NCBI GenBank assembly: GCA_028866995.1
Contig: JAGWHD010000001.1
Span: 256,183-320,182 of the forward strand
Direction of reading: 5' to 3'
DNA length: 64,000 bases
Origin: Candidatus Micrarchaeota archaeon
GTDB taxonomy: Archaea; Micrarchaeota; Micrarchaeia; Micrarchaeales; CABMGC01
Part shown: in pieces, positions 46,730 through 55,380 of the stretch
Layout: every line of letters begins with the position of its first letter
Position numbering within the stretch: the first letter of the stretch is position 1
Translations under genes and position numbers: made by a program
Notes under the pieces: generated by a model
Database searches by the model: none
Seen by the model: the letters and a program-made list of their open reading frames with translations, nothing else
Told to the model about the DNA's origin: nothing

Positions 46730-48502
46730 TTGGCAGAGTCTGACGAGAGGAGGCGTGCATTCCTCTCGAACGGGATGACATCCGCGCTGGAGCTTGACGG
46801 ATCGATAGACTGGTTCCCTTGCCCTAGGTTCGACTCCCCGTCGATATTCTCGGCCATACTTGACAAGGCGAAGGGAGGCTACTTCTCGATGAGGCCAGAG
46901 GGAGATTTCAGGCTCTCCTCGCAGTACCTGGGCAACAGCATGATGCTGAGGAACCTCTTCGAGACCGACAAGGGCAGGATGGAGGTGGTGGACTTTCTGC
47001 CGCTGGGGGTATGCGCCGTGATAAGGACGTTCAAGTCAGAGATCCCTTTCATAGTGGAGATAAAGCCGGTTTTCCAGTACGGGATGACGAATCCGGGAAT
47101 AGAGACCAGCGACAAGGGAGTCACGTTCAAGAACGGGAGCTCGAGGGAGGGGCTCGAGGTCAGCATCAAGGGAGACTATTCAACCATAGACGACGGGGTC
47201 TTCAGGGTGAATCCCGGGGAGGGATACGTATTCGCGCTCTATTCGAAGGACCTCAAGTACGGGCTCTTCAGCAGGGCCGGGGCCGTATATCCGGATCCGT
47301 ACGAGACGCTTGAAGCAACGCAGAAGTACTGGGACGAGCAGCTTGCATCGGCCAGACAGGTTGAGAAGTTCAGGGACGCTTACTACAGGTCCCTTGCGAT
47401 AGTGCTGGGCCTAATGTACATACCTTCAGGCAGCATGATAGCGGCTGCCAGCGCGTCGTTGCCAGAGATAGTAGGCAAGAACAGGAACTGGGACTACAGG
47501 TACGTCTGGGTAAGAGACGCAGCGTACGCCGCAGAGATGCTGGCAAACGTCATGATGCTCTCAAAGTCGAGAAGGGTTCTCAACTTCCTTGTCAGCGTCA
47601 TAGACCCCTCGCTCAAGAGCTTCGACCACCCGTTCTATTCGATAGACGGCACGTCGCCGCAGCCGGAGGAGGTGCTGCACTGGCTCAAGGGCCACCAGAA
47701 TTCGAGGCCTGTCAGGATAGGCAACGAGGCGTTCACGCATATGCAGAACGACGTTGAAGGAGCGTTCATGAGCGGCCTTTACGCGTACATAGAGAAGTCC
47801 GGGGACATACAGTATGCGAAGGAGAACTGGTGGGCTGTCGAGGCCATTGCAAGATGGACAAAAGAATCCTGGAAGATGAAGAGCATAAGCCTGTGGGAGG
47901 AAAGGGAGGTAACGCAGCATTACGTCCATACAAAGGTAATGGAGTGGGTCGCGCTGGATAGGGCAGTGAAGATAGGGAGGAAGATAGGGGAGAGCAAGAA
48001 CCTGGAGGACTGGGCATCAACGGCTGTCGAGATACGTGCAGAGGTGATGAAGGAAGGGTTCTCGCAGAAGCTGAACAGCTTCACAAAGTTCTACGGGTCA
48101 GAGGATGTCGACTCTTCGTTGCTGACCCTGCCCCTCTATGGGTTCATAGACGTCAAGGACCCGATGTTCGCCGGCACCCTGCAGATGATAGAGAAGACGC
48201 TCGCTGTCGATGACGGACTGCTGATAAGGTACGGATCCGACTTCATGGGGAAGGTGGAGCATCCGTTCACGCTACTGTCAGCATGGCTGGCAAGGAACTA
48301 CATAAGGCTGGGCGACGCAAAGAAGGCGGAGGCGATAATAGGCAAGCTGCTCAGCTATGCGAACGACAACGGCCTCATAGCGGAGCACATAGACATGAAA
48401 TCCAGGCAGCCGAGGGGAAACATACCGCAGCTCTTCGCGCACGTGGGACTGGTAGAGGCGATAAACGAGCTCAACGACCCTACCCTTTTATTACAGCAAT
48501 AG
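46730..48502 (+). CDS. GH15 glycoside hydrolase (trehalase/glucoamylase)
   Basis: PRFDSPSIF, SLPE..G..RNWDYRYVWVRD, LWEER, GNIPQLFAH. Confidence 0.92.
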   Translation: MAESDERRRAFLSNGMTSALELDGSIDWFPCPRFDSPSIFSAILDKAKGGYFSMRPEGDFRLSSQYLGNSMMLRNLFETDKGRMEVVDFLPLGVCAVIRTFKSEIPFIVEIKPVFQYGMTNPGIETSDKGVTFKNGSSREGLEVSIKGDYSTIDDGVFRVNPGEGYVFALYSKDLKYGLFSRAGAVYPDPYETLEATQKYWDEQLASARQVEKFRDAYYRSLAIVLGLMYIPSGSMIAAASASLPEIVGKNRNWDYRYVWVRDAAYAAEMLANVMMLSKSRRVLNFLVSVIDPSLKSFDHPFYSIDGTSPQPEEVLHWLKGHQNSRPVRIGNEAFTHMQNDVEGAFMSGLYAYIEKSGDIQYAKENWWAVEAIARWTKESWKMKSISLWEEREVTQHYVHTKVMEWVALDRAVKIGRKIGESKNLEDWASTAVEIRAEVMKEGFSQKLNSFTKFYGSEDVDSSLLTLPLYGFIDVKDPMFAGTLQMIEKTLAVDDGLLIRYGSDFMGKVEHPFTLLSAWLARNYIRLGDAKKAEAIIGKLLSYANDNGLIAEHIDMKSRQPRGNIPQLFAHVGLVEAINELNDPTLLLQQ

Positions 48503-49919
48503 GAACGTTCCTTGAAACGATTGTCGATATTCCCGAATCCTCGACGACCTTGACGACCTCGTCAACGTCCTTGTACGACCATTCTGCTTCTTCGCTCACC
48601 AGCTTCCTGGTCTTTATCCTTATCTCTATGTTCTTCTTCTTCAGGGACTCGAATGTCCTTGATGCAGGTATCTCCCTTATCGCCTGGTGCCTTGACATGA
48701 CCCTTCCAGCCCCATGGCACGAGGAACCGAATGTCTGCTGCATGGACCCTTCTGCTCCGCAGAGCACGTAGCTCGAGGTGCCCATGCTTCCTGGAATCAG
48801 CACGGGTTGGCCTGTATCCCTGTACTTCTCAGGTATCTCCTGCCTTCCCTTTGCGAACGCCCTTGTAGCGCCCTTCCTGTGCACGAGCAGCTTCCTCCTC
48901 TTACCATCGACGACATGCTCCTCTGCCTTCACTATGTTGTGCGACAGGTCGTACAGTATCTCCATCTCCAGCGCATCGCTGCTCTGCTCAAATGTGCTAG
49001 CGAAGCTCTTCCTTATCGAGTCGGTTATTATCTGCCTGTTGGTGAACGCGTAGTTGACGGCGGATTTCATGGCGCATAGGTAGTCCAGGGCCTCCTTGCT
49101 GCCGATGTGCGCGTAGCTGAGCTCCGGATCCACAAGCTTTATCTCGTTCTTCCTCTGGTATTCCGCCAGGGTCCTCAGGTAGTCGCTGCATATCTGGTGC
49201 CCGAAGCCCCTGGATCCGGTATGAACCATTATCACTATCTGGTTTTCCCTAAGGCCGAACCTCTTCGCTATCCTTCCATCGAATATCTTTTCGACCTTCT
49301 GCACCTCGAGGAAGTGGTTGCCTGCGCCGAGCGTGCCCAGCTCGTGCAGCCCTCTCGACTTCGCGTCGTCGCTGACCTTGGATATCTCTGCGCCGTGCAT
49401 GCAGCCGTTCTCCTCTATGTTCATGAGATCCGACTCGTTGCCGTATCCCTTCCCTATTATGTACTCGACGCCTTCGTGCGCCACCTTCTCAAGGTCCTTC
49501 TGCGTCAGGCCTATGTTGAGCTTGCTCCCGACACCCGAAGGCACGTTGTGGAAAAGCGCGTCTGCGAGCCTGTTGAGCCTCGGCCTTATGTCCTTCTCCT
49601 CGAGATTCGTTTTGACGAGCCTGACGCCGCAGTTTATGTCGAACCCCACTGCCCCTGGGGAGACGATGCCCTCGCTGGCGTCGAACGCCATGACCCCGCC
49701 TATAGGGAATCCGTATCCCTCATGCCCGTCGGGCATCACAAGCACATTGCCGACTAGGCTCGGAAGCGTCGCTGCGTTCGCGGCCTGCTGCAATGTTCTG
49801 TCCTTCTTGACCTTCTCTATGAGCGTGTCTGAGGAATAGGCGATGACGTCGGTGTTCATGCCCTGCATCGATCCCTTCGGTATCCTGAACCTGTTCTTGT
49901 CAATTTTTTCCAGTTCCAT
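48480..49919 (-). CDS. rtcB: tRNA-splicing ligase RtcB
   Basis: MPDGHEGYGFPIGG, GFDINCG, GTLGAGNHFLE, HTGSRG, HRKGATRA, HGAGR. Confidence 0.97.
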   Translation of the reverse strand: MELEKIDKNRFRIPKGSMQGMNTDVIAYSSDTLIEKVKKDRTLQQAANAATLPSLVGNVLVMPDGHEGYGFPIGGVMAFDASEGIVSPGAVGFDINCGVRLVKTNLEEKDIRPRLNRLADALFHNVPSGVGSKLNIGLTQKDLEKVAHEGVEYIIGKGYGNESDLMNIEENGCMHGAEISKVSDDAKSRGLHELGTLGAGNHFLEVQKVEKIFDGRIAKRFGLRENQIVIMVHTGSRGFGHQICSDYLRTLAEYQRKNEIKLVDPELSYAHIGSKEALDYLCAMKSAVNYAFTNRQIITDSIRKSFASTFEQSSDALEMEILYDLSHNIVKAEEHVVDGKRRKLLVHRKGATRAFAKGRQEIPEKYRDTGQPVLIPGSMGTSSYVLCGAEGSMQQTFGSSCHGAGRVMSRHQAIREIPASRTFESLKKKNIEIRIKTRKLVSEEAEWSYKDVDEVVKVVEDSGISTIVSRNVPIAVIKG

Positions 49920-50035
49920 TTAGACATCTCTTTAAGGCCGTTTTTCAGATACGGAAGCTATATATATGAGATAAATTACAGAGAATAATAGTTATCTGAA
50001 GGATTATAAATAATGTTTGATAAGTAGTATGCTAT

Positions 50036-50133
50036 GCAGGGATGGCGGAGCCTGGTCAAACGCGGCAGACTCAAGATCTGTTGGCTTAGGCCTACGGGAG
50101 TTCAAAAACTTTGAACAAATCTCTCTCCCTGCA
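50036..50133 (+). tRNA. tRNA-Leu(CAA) with non-canonical 13-nt intron in the T-loop (50106-50118)
   Basis: GCAGGGA/TCCCTGC acceptor, CTCAAGA anticodon loop, long variable arm; T-loop interrupted by AAACTTTGAACAA forming a BHB-like motif. Confidence 0.9.
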
Positions 50134-50167
50134 TATCATCCTTACAAAGACAAAAAAAGGCGAACGC

Positions 50168-50857
50168 GTGAAGAGGAAGTCAAAACCGAAGAGAGGCAGG
50201 GCCGCAAGCAGGCCGAAGAGGGCGGGCAAGGTGCGCGAGAAGGTCCTTTTTGAGGTTCCTCACTATCCGCAGACAGAGGAGTTCACGAGCTCTGCGGCTT
50301 GCGCGATGATGGTTCTCAAGTATCTAAATCCTAATTTCAGGCTGAAGAAGGAGCAGGAGTACGACATATGGCAGGAAGCTGTCAACGGAAGCGTGTGGCA
50401 CGGCTCGAAGTACGGGCTCGCATACGCGCTTGCGAAGAGAGGGGCAAAGGCCAACATAGTAAGCAACACCAAGGACGAGGGCTACGACAGGAAGCTCGCC
50501 GTTTACGAGAACGTCAACCTGGACACGCTCACCGCATCTTTCAACGAGATAAGGCAGAAGTCTCAGGACATGGAGATAGGGGAGGACTACGGCAACGCCT
50601 CGATAAACTCGGTAAGGAAGACCCTGTCGGGGAACCAGATACCGATAGTGCTCATAGACGCGAACGCGATAAATCCTTATCTGGAGTCTTCACCGCACTG
50701 GGTCGTAGTCAAGGGATACGACAAGGATGCGTTCTACATAAACGATCCCTATTCGGACAGCACCGTGACACTGGATGCAGATGCATTCAAGTCTGCGCTC
50801 GGCTATGACAACGACTTCCACATGATAGTCGTAGGATCTAAGCCTAGGAAGAGATAG
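50168..50857 (+). CDS. Peptidase C39-like protein with Cys-to-Ser at the nucleophile position
   Basis: VPHYPQTEEFTSSAACAMMVL, SPHWVVVKGYD, YINDPY. Confidence 0.75.
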   Translation: MKRKSKPKRGRAASRPKRAGKVREKVLFEVPHYPQTEEFTSSAACAMMVLKYLNPNFRLKKEQEYDIWQEAVNGSVWHGSKYGLAYALAKRGAKANIVSNTKDEGYDRKLAVYENVNLDTLTASFNEIRQKSQDMEIGEDYGNASINSVRKTLSGNQIPIVLIDANAINPYLESSPHWVVVKGYDKDAFYINDPYSDSTVTLDADAFKSALGYDNDFHMIVVGSKPRKR

Positions 50858-50941
50858 CCATTCTTTTTGTTGCAGAAAAAACAATGCATAGCGTACGCTA
50901 GCATGATATCTGCTTATCTAGAACGAACTGTGCGCTATGCC

Positions 50942-51304
50942 TTATCTCCTTGAGAGCATGCCCTTCAGCAGCGAGCTTACGAGCCTTGCCCTGTCCGATG
51001 ACGGCCTCTTGTACACAGACATGGGCGTCTTAGACCTTATGCCGTTGTAGCAGGCCACGCACATTACCCTCTTGCTGACCACTCCTGAGCGGACGTAGCT
51101 GTCCCTGTCCTGGACATACCTTGGAGGCACTATCTTTACCTCGCCGTCCTTCATGGACCTGTCGCATGACACGCAGCTGTTCTCTATGAGATAGATCAGG
51201 TCCTTGGCTTCAGTCTCGTCCACGCAGTGCTCCAGCCCGTCGGACTGGGACACCTTCCTTGCAAACCCCCTTCTCTCCTCAAAATCCATGCACTCTACAT
51301 CCAT
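50942..51304 (-). CDS. Small Zn-binding hypothetical protein
   Basis: CVSC and CVAC pairs; TATA-like upstream region. Confidence 0.6.
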   Translation of the reverse strand: MDVECMDFEERRGFARKVSQSDGLEHCVDETEAKDLIYLIENSCVSCDRSMKDGEVKIVPPRYVQDRDSYVRSGVVSKRVMCVACYNGIRSKTPMSVYKRPSSDRARLVSSLLKGMLSRR

Positions 51305-51449
51305 GCACTATCCCCTCTTACAGATGGGAACTACCCCACCCTCCCCGATAAGTAATATATAAGGGCTCATATATATAGGTTTCGCATGCGCGGTGACGCG
51401 TTTTAGGCTTAAATGTAATATTCTTACACAATCAAGGTGCGATGCGCTG

Positions 51450-52316
51450 ATGGACTACCTGCTGGCGATAGGGGGCAATGCTGTTTCAGACGACAGGGTG
51501 CCGGAAGGGCTATGCAGGCAGATAGTGGAGCTTCACAGGAAGGGCATAGGCCTTGTAATAACCCATGGCAACGGGCCGCAGGTAGGTGAGCTCTCGATGA
51601 AGTTCAAGGGGAGGAGCCTTGCGGCGCTGACCGCGGAGACCGAGACTGCACTAGGGATGGCCATAGAGGAGGGCATACAGGACGCTGCGGAGAGCATGCG
51701 CATCAGGAGCCCGAGGACTGTGATAGTTCCTACCAGGGTCGTGGTGGACAGGAAGAGCGCTGAATTCAGGAGGCCTACAAAGCCCATTGGGAGCTTCGTG
51801 GATGCGAAAGAGGCGATGAGCCTCAGAAAAAGGGGATTTGCAGTAAAGAGACTGGCAAACGGCTACAGGAGGGTGGTGCCGTCGCCAAAACCCGAGAAGG
51901 TGGTGGACATAGATGTCATAAGGCGCTTCCTGCATATGGGGTACATAGTCATAGCCGGAGGAGGCGGGGGCATAGCCGTAGACGATGAGCTCAGGTATGT
52001 TGATGCGGTCATAGACAAGGACAGGACATCGGCCATGATTGCGGAGGTGATGGGGGCAAAGAGGCTTTACATGCTTACGAACGTCGACGGAGCATACCTT
52101 GGTTTCGGTAGGAAGAACCAGAAGCTCATAACGGCCATCAAGGCCGAAGCGATCAGGAGGCATGTGAAGAGCTTCGAGGAGGGCAGCATGAGGCCGAAGG
52201 TCGAGGCTGCGGTTGAGTTCGTCAAGGGGAGGAAGGGGCGCATTGCGGTTATAGGGAATCTTCGCAAGGCGGATGCGGTAATGGCGCTAAAGGGCTGTAC
52301 GGTCATACGGAGCTAG
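51450..52316 (+). CDS. arcC: Carbamate kinase
   Basis: AIGGNA, THGNGPQVG, PTKPIG, RRVVPSPKP, AVIDKD, GSMRPKVEAA. Confidence 0.93.
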   Translation: MDYLLAIGGNAVSDDRVPEGLCRQIVELHRKGIGLVITHGNGPQVGELSMKFKGRSLAALTAETETALGMAIEEGIQDAAESMRIRSPRTVIVPTRVVVDRKSAEFRRPTKPIGSFVDAKEAMSLRKRGFAVKRLANGYRRVVPSPKPEKVVDIDVIRRFLHMGYIVIAGGGGGIAVDDELRYVDAVIDKDRTSAMIAEVMGAKRLYMLTNVDGAYLGFGRKNQKLITAIKAEAIRRHVKSFEEGSMRPKVEAAVEFVKGRKGRIAVIGNLRKADAVMALKGCTVIRS

Positions 52317-53397
52317 CCTTCACAGCCTTTATTACATCCTCTACCGAGCCGCTGATCTTGATAGCGTCCTTGTCGAACTGCGTGCGCGTTGCGGACAGCT
52401 TCCTTTTGATGAGCGCCGTTCTTACCTTCTCTGGAGATACCGAGGTGGTGTTGAGCGACTTTGTTATCCTCGGAATGGAATAGAAGAATGGAATGTCGAG
52501 TTCGTTGTATATCGTCTCAAGCTCCTTCTGGCCTTCATAGGGGCTTTTCATCAGTTTCAGCATGCCTGCTATGAACTCCTTCGACAGCAGGTTGCCTAGC
52601 CACATGGGGCCGTAGAACTCGGTGGACTTTGAACAGTATGCGCACTTCTCATTTAGTCTTGGTGCTATGCCCTTCGAATATGAGAAGCTCCTGCAGTTTC
52701 CGCAGAATGTAGCAAAGCCGTTCTCTTTTGCTGATGCCAACGCCTCCTTGGCGCCAGCATGCAGCCTGACGAAGACGCGCATGTAATGCATGTCAGAGAC
52801 GCTCAGCAACGGCTCTATTCCGAAGTTGAACAGCGCCGCATTCCTAGATATGAAGTTCAGTAGTATGCGCACGCCAGATTCCTTGCAGAGCTCGTTGTGT
52901 ATGGGCCTCGAGCCGTATGTCTTGATGCATGCTGCTTCATGGGCGCCGCACAGGACAGCAGTATCAGTAGCAGTCACCATGAGCACCGCGTTGTTGTTCG
53001 CTATCTTCAATATGTCGAATACGTGCGGCGACGGGGTCCCGAACGGGTCAAGGTCTATTATGTCGAACCTTTCTGCAGTGGTATTGGCGAACTCCTGTAT
53101 GCTCTTGTTGAGGATCTTGATCTTGACCTTGTTTGCCGCTATGTTCTTGCGCATGCTGTTGTAAGCGCTCTTGTTCATGTCCAGTGCAGTTATCTCCCTT
53201 ATCCCCGCTTCCTTCGCGTACCTTATCGCCCTGATGCCAGTGGCTGCGGTGCAGTCGAGCAGCCTCGCCTTCTTGTTGCCGAGCGCTTTGGCAAACAGCA
53301 CCGACATGTCCCTCAGCTTTCTCATCTTGGGGTTGAAGAAGACCTTATCCCCTGCGCGTATTGCCGCCTTGCCTTCCCTTATCTGGTCCATGCTCAT
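52303..53397 (-). CDS. trm1: tRNA (guanine26-N2)-dimethyltransferase
   Basis: VFFNPKM...RD, ATGIRAIRY, IDLDPFGTP, VTATDTAVLCG, GPMWLG. Confidence 0.95.
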   Translation of the reverse strand: MSMDQIREGKAAIRAGDKVFFNPKMRKLRDMSVLFAKALGNKKARLLDCTAATGIRAIRYAKEAGIREITALDMNKSAYNSMRKNIAANKVKIKILNKSIQEFANTTAERFDIIDLDPFGTPSPHVFDILKIANNNAVLMVTATDTAVLCGAHEAACIKTYGSRPIHNELCKESGVRILLNFISRNAALFNFGIEPLLSVSDMHYMRVFVRLHAGAKEALASAKENGFATFCGNCRSFSYSKGIAPRLNEKCAYCSKSTEFYGPMWLGNLLSKEFIAGMLKLMKSPYEGQKELETIYNELDIPFFYSIPRITKSLNTTSVSPEKVRTALIKRKLSATRTQFDKDAIKISGSVEDVIKAVKASSV

Positions 53398-53621
53398 CCT
53401 TTTGTCTTCAGGATCGCATCGAGGAGGCCGTGCGCGTAGGCGATGCTGGAGAATGATGTGTAGTAGTCCTTCTTCTCCAGCCAGCTGCCAGCATCCTTTG
53501 CGTACATCTTCGCAAGCTCTACGACTTCGTCCTCCCTCGCACTGAGCTTGCTCTTATCCACCTTCTTTATGTTATCCGAGAAGATGCCGATGTCCTTCTT
53601 TATCCTGTCTTCTATTTCCAT
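53394..53621 (-). CDS. DUF357-family protein
   Basis: LAKMYAKDA..WLEK.DY..SF..IAYAHGLLDA. Confidence 0.85.
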   Translation of the reverse strand: MEIEDRIKKDIGIFSDNIKKVDKSKLSAREDEVVELAKMYAKDAGSWLEKKDYYTSFSSIAYAHGLLDAILKTKG

Positions 53622-53674
53622 CAAGAACCACTACTGGGCAACGATTATAATTAAGTACATCTCTTATTTAATTT

Positions 53675-54547
53675 ATGATAGCAGAGGGAAAACTCCAGTC
53701 GGCGATGGAATACCTCATGACTTACGGCTGGGCGATTCTCGCAATCGCGATAGTCATGGTATCGCTTTATTCTCTGGGCATATTCAACGCAGGCAACCTG
53801 ACCCCGACAGCTGCTCCAGGTTCGTGCGAAGTTGTGAGAACAGTTGCCCAAACTTCGTTTGCTGGACAGTGTGGAAACTTGATTCCGAAGTACGTTGGCG
53901 TCTTCCTGAATCCTAAAAACGCATATGTGACTTTGAGCAAGGGTATGAACCTGACAGGTAGCTTCACGGTATCGATGTGGACAGAGTTTGGGCTGCCAAT
54001 AACCTCGCATTATTATAATCTGATTGGCGGTGCACAGTCCAACACAAGCAAAGCCGCATTGCAGGTGTCAATGGTACCGACCTCTGACACCTCTCTCACG
54101 GCGCAGATCTGGGTTGGAATAGGCGTGGGGAGCTCTAACTGCGCCTTTCAAACAGGGCAGTTCGATAACAAATGGCATAACGTGGTAGTTACCTACAACG
54201 GGACCTACATCACGTTATACGTAGACAAACAGTACATAGCTAACAGGAACTGCGCAGGCCCATATGACACGCCGCTTAAGTATATAGCAAAAGGCGGATG
54301 GAACAATGTCTTCAATGGCACCATGTCAAACGTCCAGATATACAACGCCTCTCTTGACACCGCTTCGATAGTTGCCCTTTACCAGGAAGGAATTGGAGGC
54401 GCGCCAATCGATGTCAAGCACTTGATGGGATGGTGGCCTCTGAACGGTAACGCGAACGACTATTCAGGCAACAACAACCAGGGAACGCAGACGAACGTAA
54501 ACTGGAATGCGAACTGGCAGAGCGGATACGCAGCGCCGAAGAGCTAG
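53675..54547 (+). CDS. Pilin-like protein with LamG domain (paralog of 14881-15759)
   Basis: KL-QSAMEYLMTYGWAIL; WHNVVVTYNG, FNGTMSNVQIYN, WWPLNGNAND. Confidence 0.85.
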   Translation: MIAEGKLQSAMEYLMTYGWAILAIAIVMVSLYSLGIFNAGNLTPTAAPGSCEVVRTVAQTSFAGQCGNLIPKYVGVFLNPKNAYVTLSKGMNLTGSFTVSMWTEFGLPITSHYYNLIGGAQSNTSKAALQVSMVPTSDTSLTAQIWVGIGVGSSNCAFQTGQFDNKWHNVVVTYNGTYITLYVDKQYIANRNCAGPYDTPLKYIAKGGWNNVFNGTMSNVQIYNASLDTASIVALYQEGIGGAPIDVKHLMGWWPLNGNANDYSGNNNQGTQTNVNWNANWQSGYAAPKS

Positions 54548-54548
54548 A

Positions 54549-55292
54549 TCACTCTTCCATGTAAGGAGCAAGGAAGTAGGCGATGTCGGCTTCTCCTATC
54601 TTGTAGGTCATCTTCATCGGCTCGTTAGACTTCAGGTCTATCAAGACGCTGTTGCCTACCGGGCATGACTTGACCATGTTGTCCATGAACTCGAGGTTGA
54701 AGACAGCGTCTGCGCTCTTGCTCGCGTCTATCTTCTTTATGACCTCACCGTTCTTGTCGTGCAGCGCCTCCAGTTCTCCAGAGTCTCCCCTTGCGCTGAC
54801 GCCGAACTGGTCCTTGGTTGCCTTGAACGCGATGTATGAGGAGATCAGCCCCGCGTCCTTGATTATCTCCTTGAGCTGGTCGCCGCTTATCTCGACGTGG
54901 GCCTCGAAATCGACGTTGGGCTCCTTCTCCACGCTCTTCTTGACATCTATCATCTGGAGCTTGTACCTCCTCCTGCTTGATGGGCTTATGAACTCGAGCG
55001 AGAGCTTGTTGTCGGAGTCCTTCATGACAAGCGCCTCGTTCTCCCTTGTCCTTGAAAGTATCTTCGAGAGGTTCTCGAGGTTGATGCCGACGTTTGCGCT
55101 CTTGTCCACCGAGTACTTGGAGAAGGCCTTCTCTGGCATGAAGAACGACACCATGCTTATGCTCGAAGGATCCATCGCCTTGAGGCTTATCCCCTCCTTG
55201 GTGAAGTTGAAAAGCCCTTCGTCTACCAGGCTGACTATCGATGCTACGCAGTCCCTCCAATACTTGGCGTTGTCTAGCTTTATTTCGAACAT
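54549..55292 (-). CDS. pcn: DNA polymerase sliding clamp PCNA
   Basis: LVDEG, LKAMDPS, YFLAP; 247 aa. Confidence 0.95.
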   Translation of the reverse strand: MFEIKLDNAKYWRDCVASIVSLVDEGLFNFTKEGISLKAMDPSSISMVSFFMPEKAFSKYSVDKSANVGINLENLSKILSRTRENEALVMKDSDNKLSLEFISPSSRRRYKLQMIDVKKSVEKEPNVDFEAHVEISGDQLKEIIKDAGLISSYIAFKATKDQFGVSARGDSGELEALHDKNGEVIKKIDASKSADAVFNLEFMDNMVKSCPVGNSVLIDLKSNEPMKMTYKIGEADIAYFLAPYMEE

Positions 55293-55380
55293 CTTTACCC
55301 CCTTATGAATAGCTATAGATAAACAACGACATAAATATATAAAACCACTCTCCGTCAAGATAGATTGACCAGTTGTTTGG

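Noticed and set aside
50884-50940. Short inverted repeats (GCATAGCG/CGCTATGC) between convergent genes
   Set aside because: Most simply a terminator-type structure; no evidence for an independent RNA.
51450-52316. Carbamate kinase as evidence of a full arginine deiminase pathway
   Set aside because: arcA and arcB are not in this window, so the pathway cannot be claimed.
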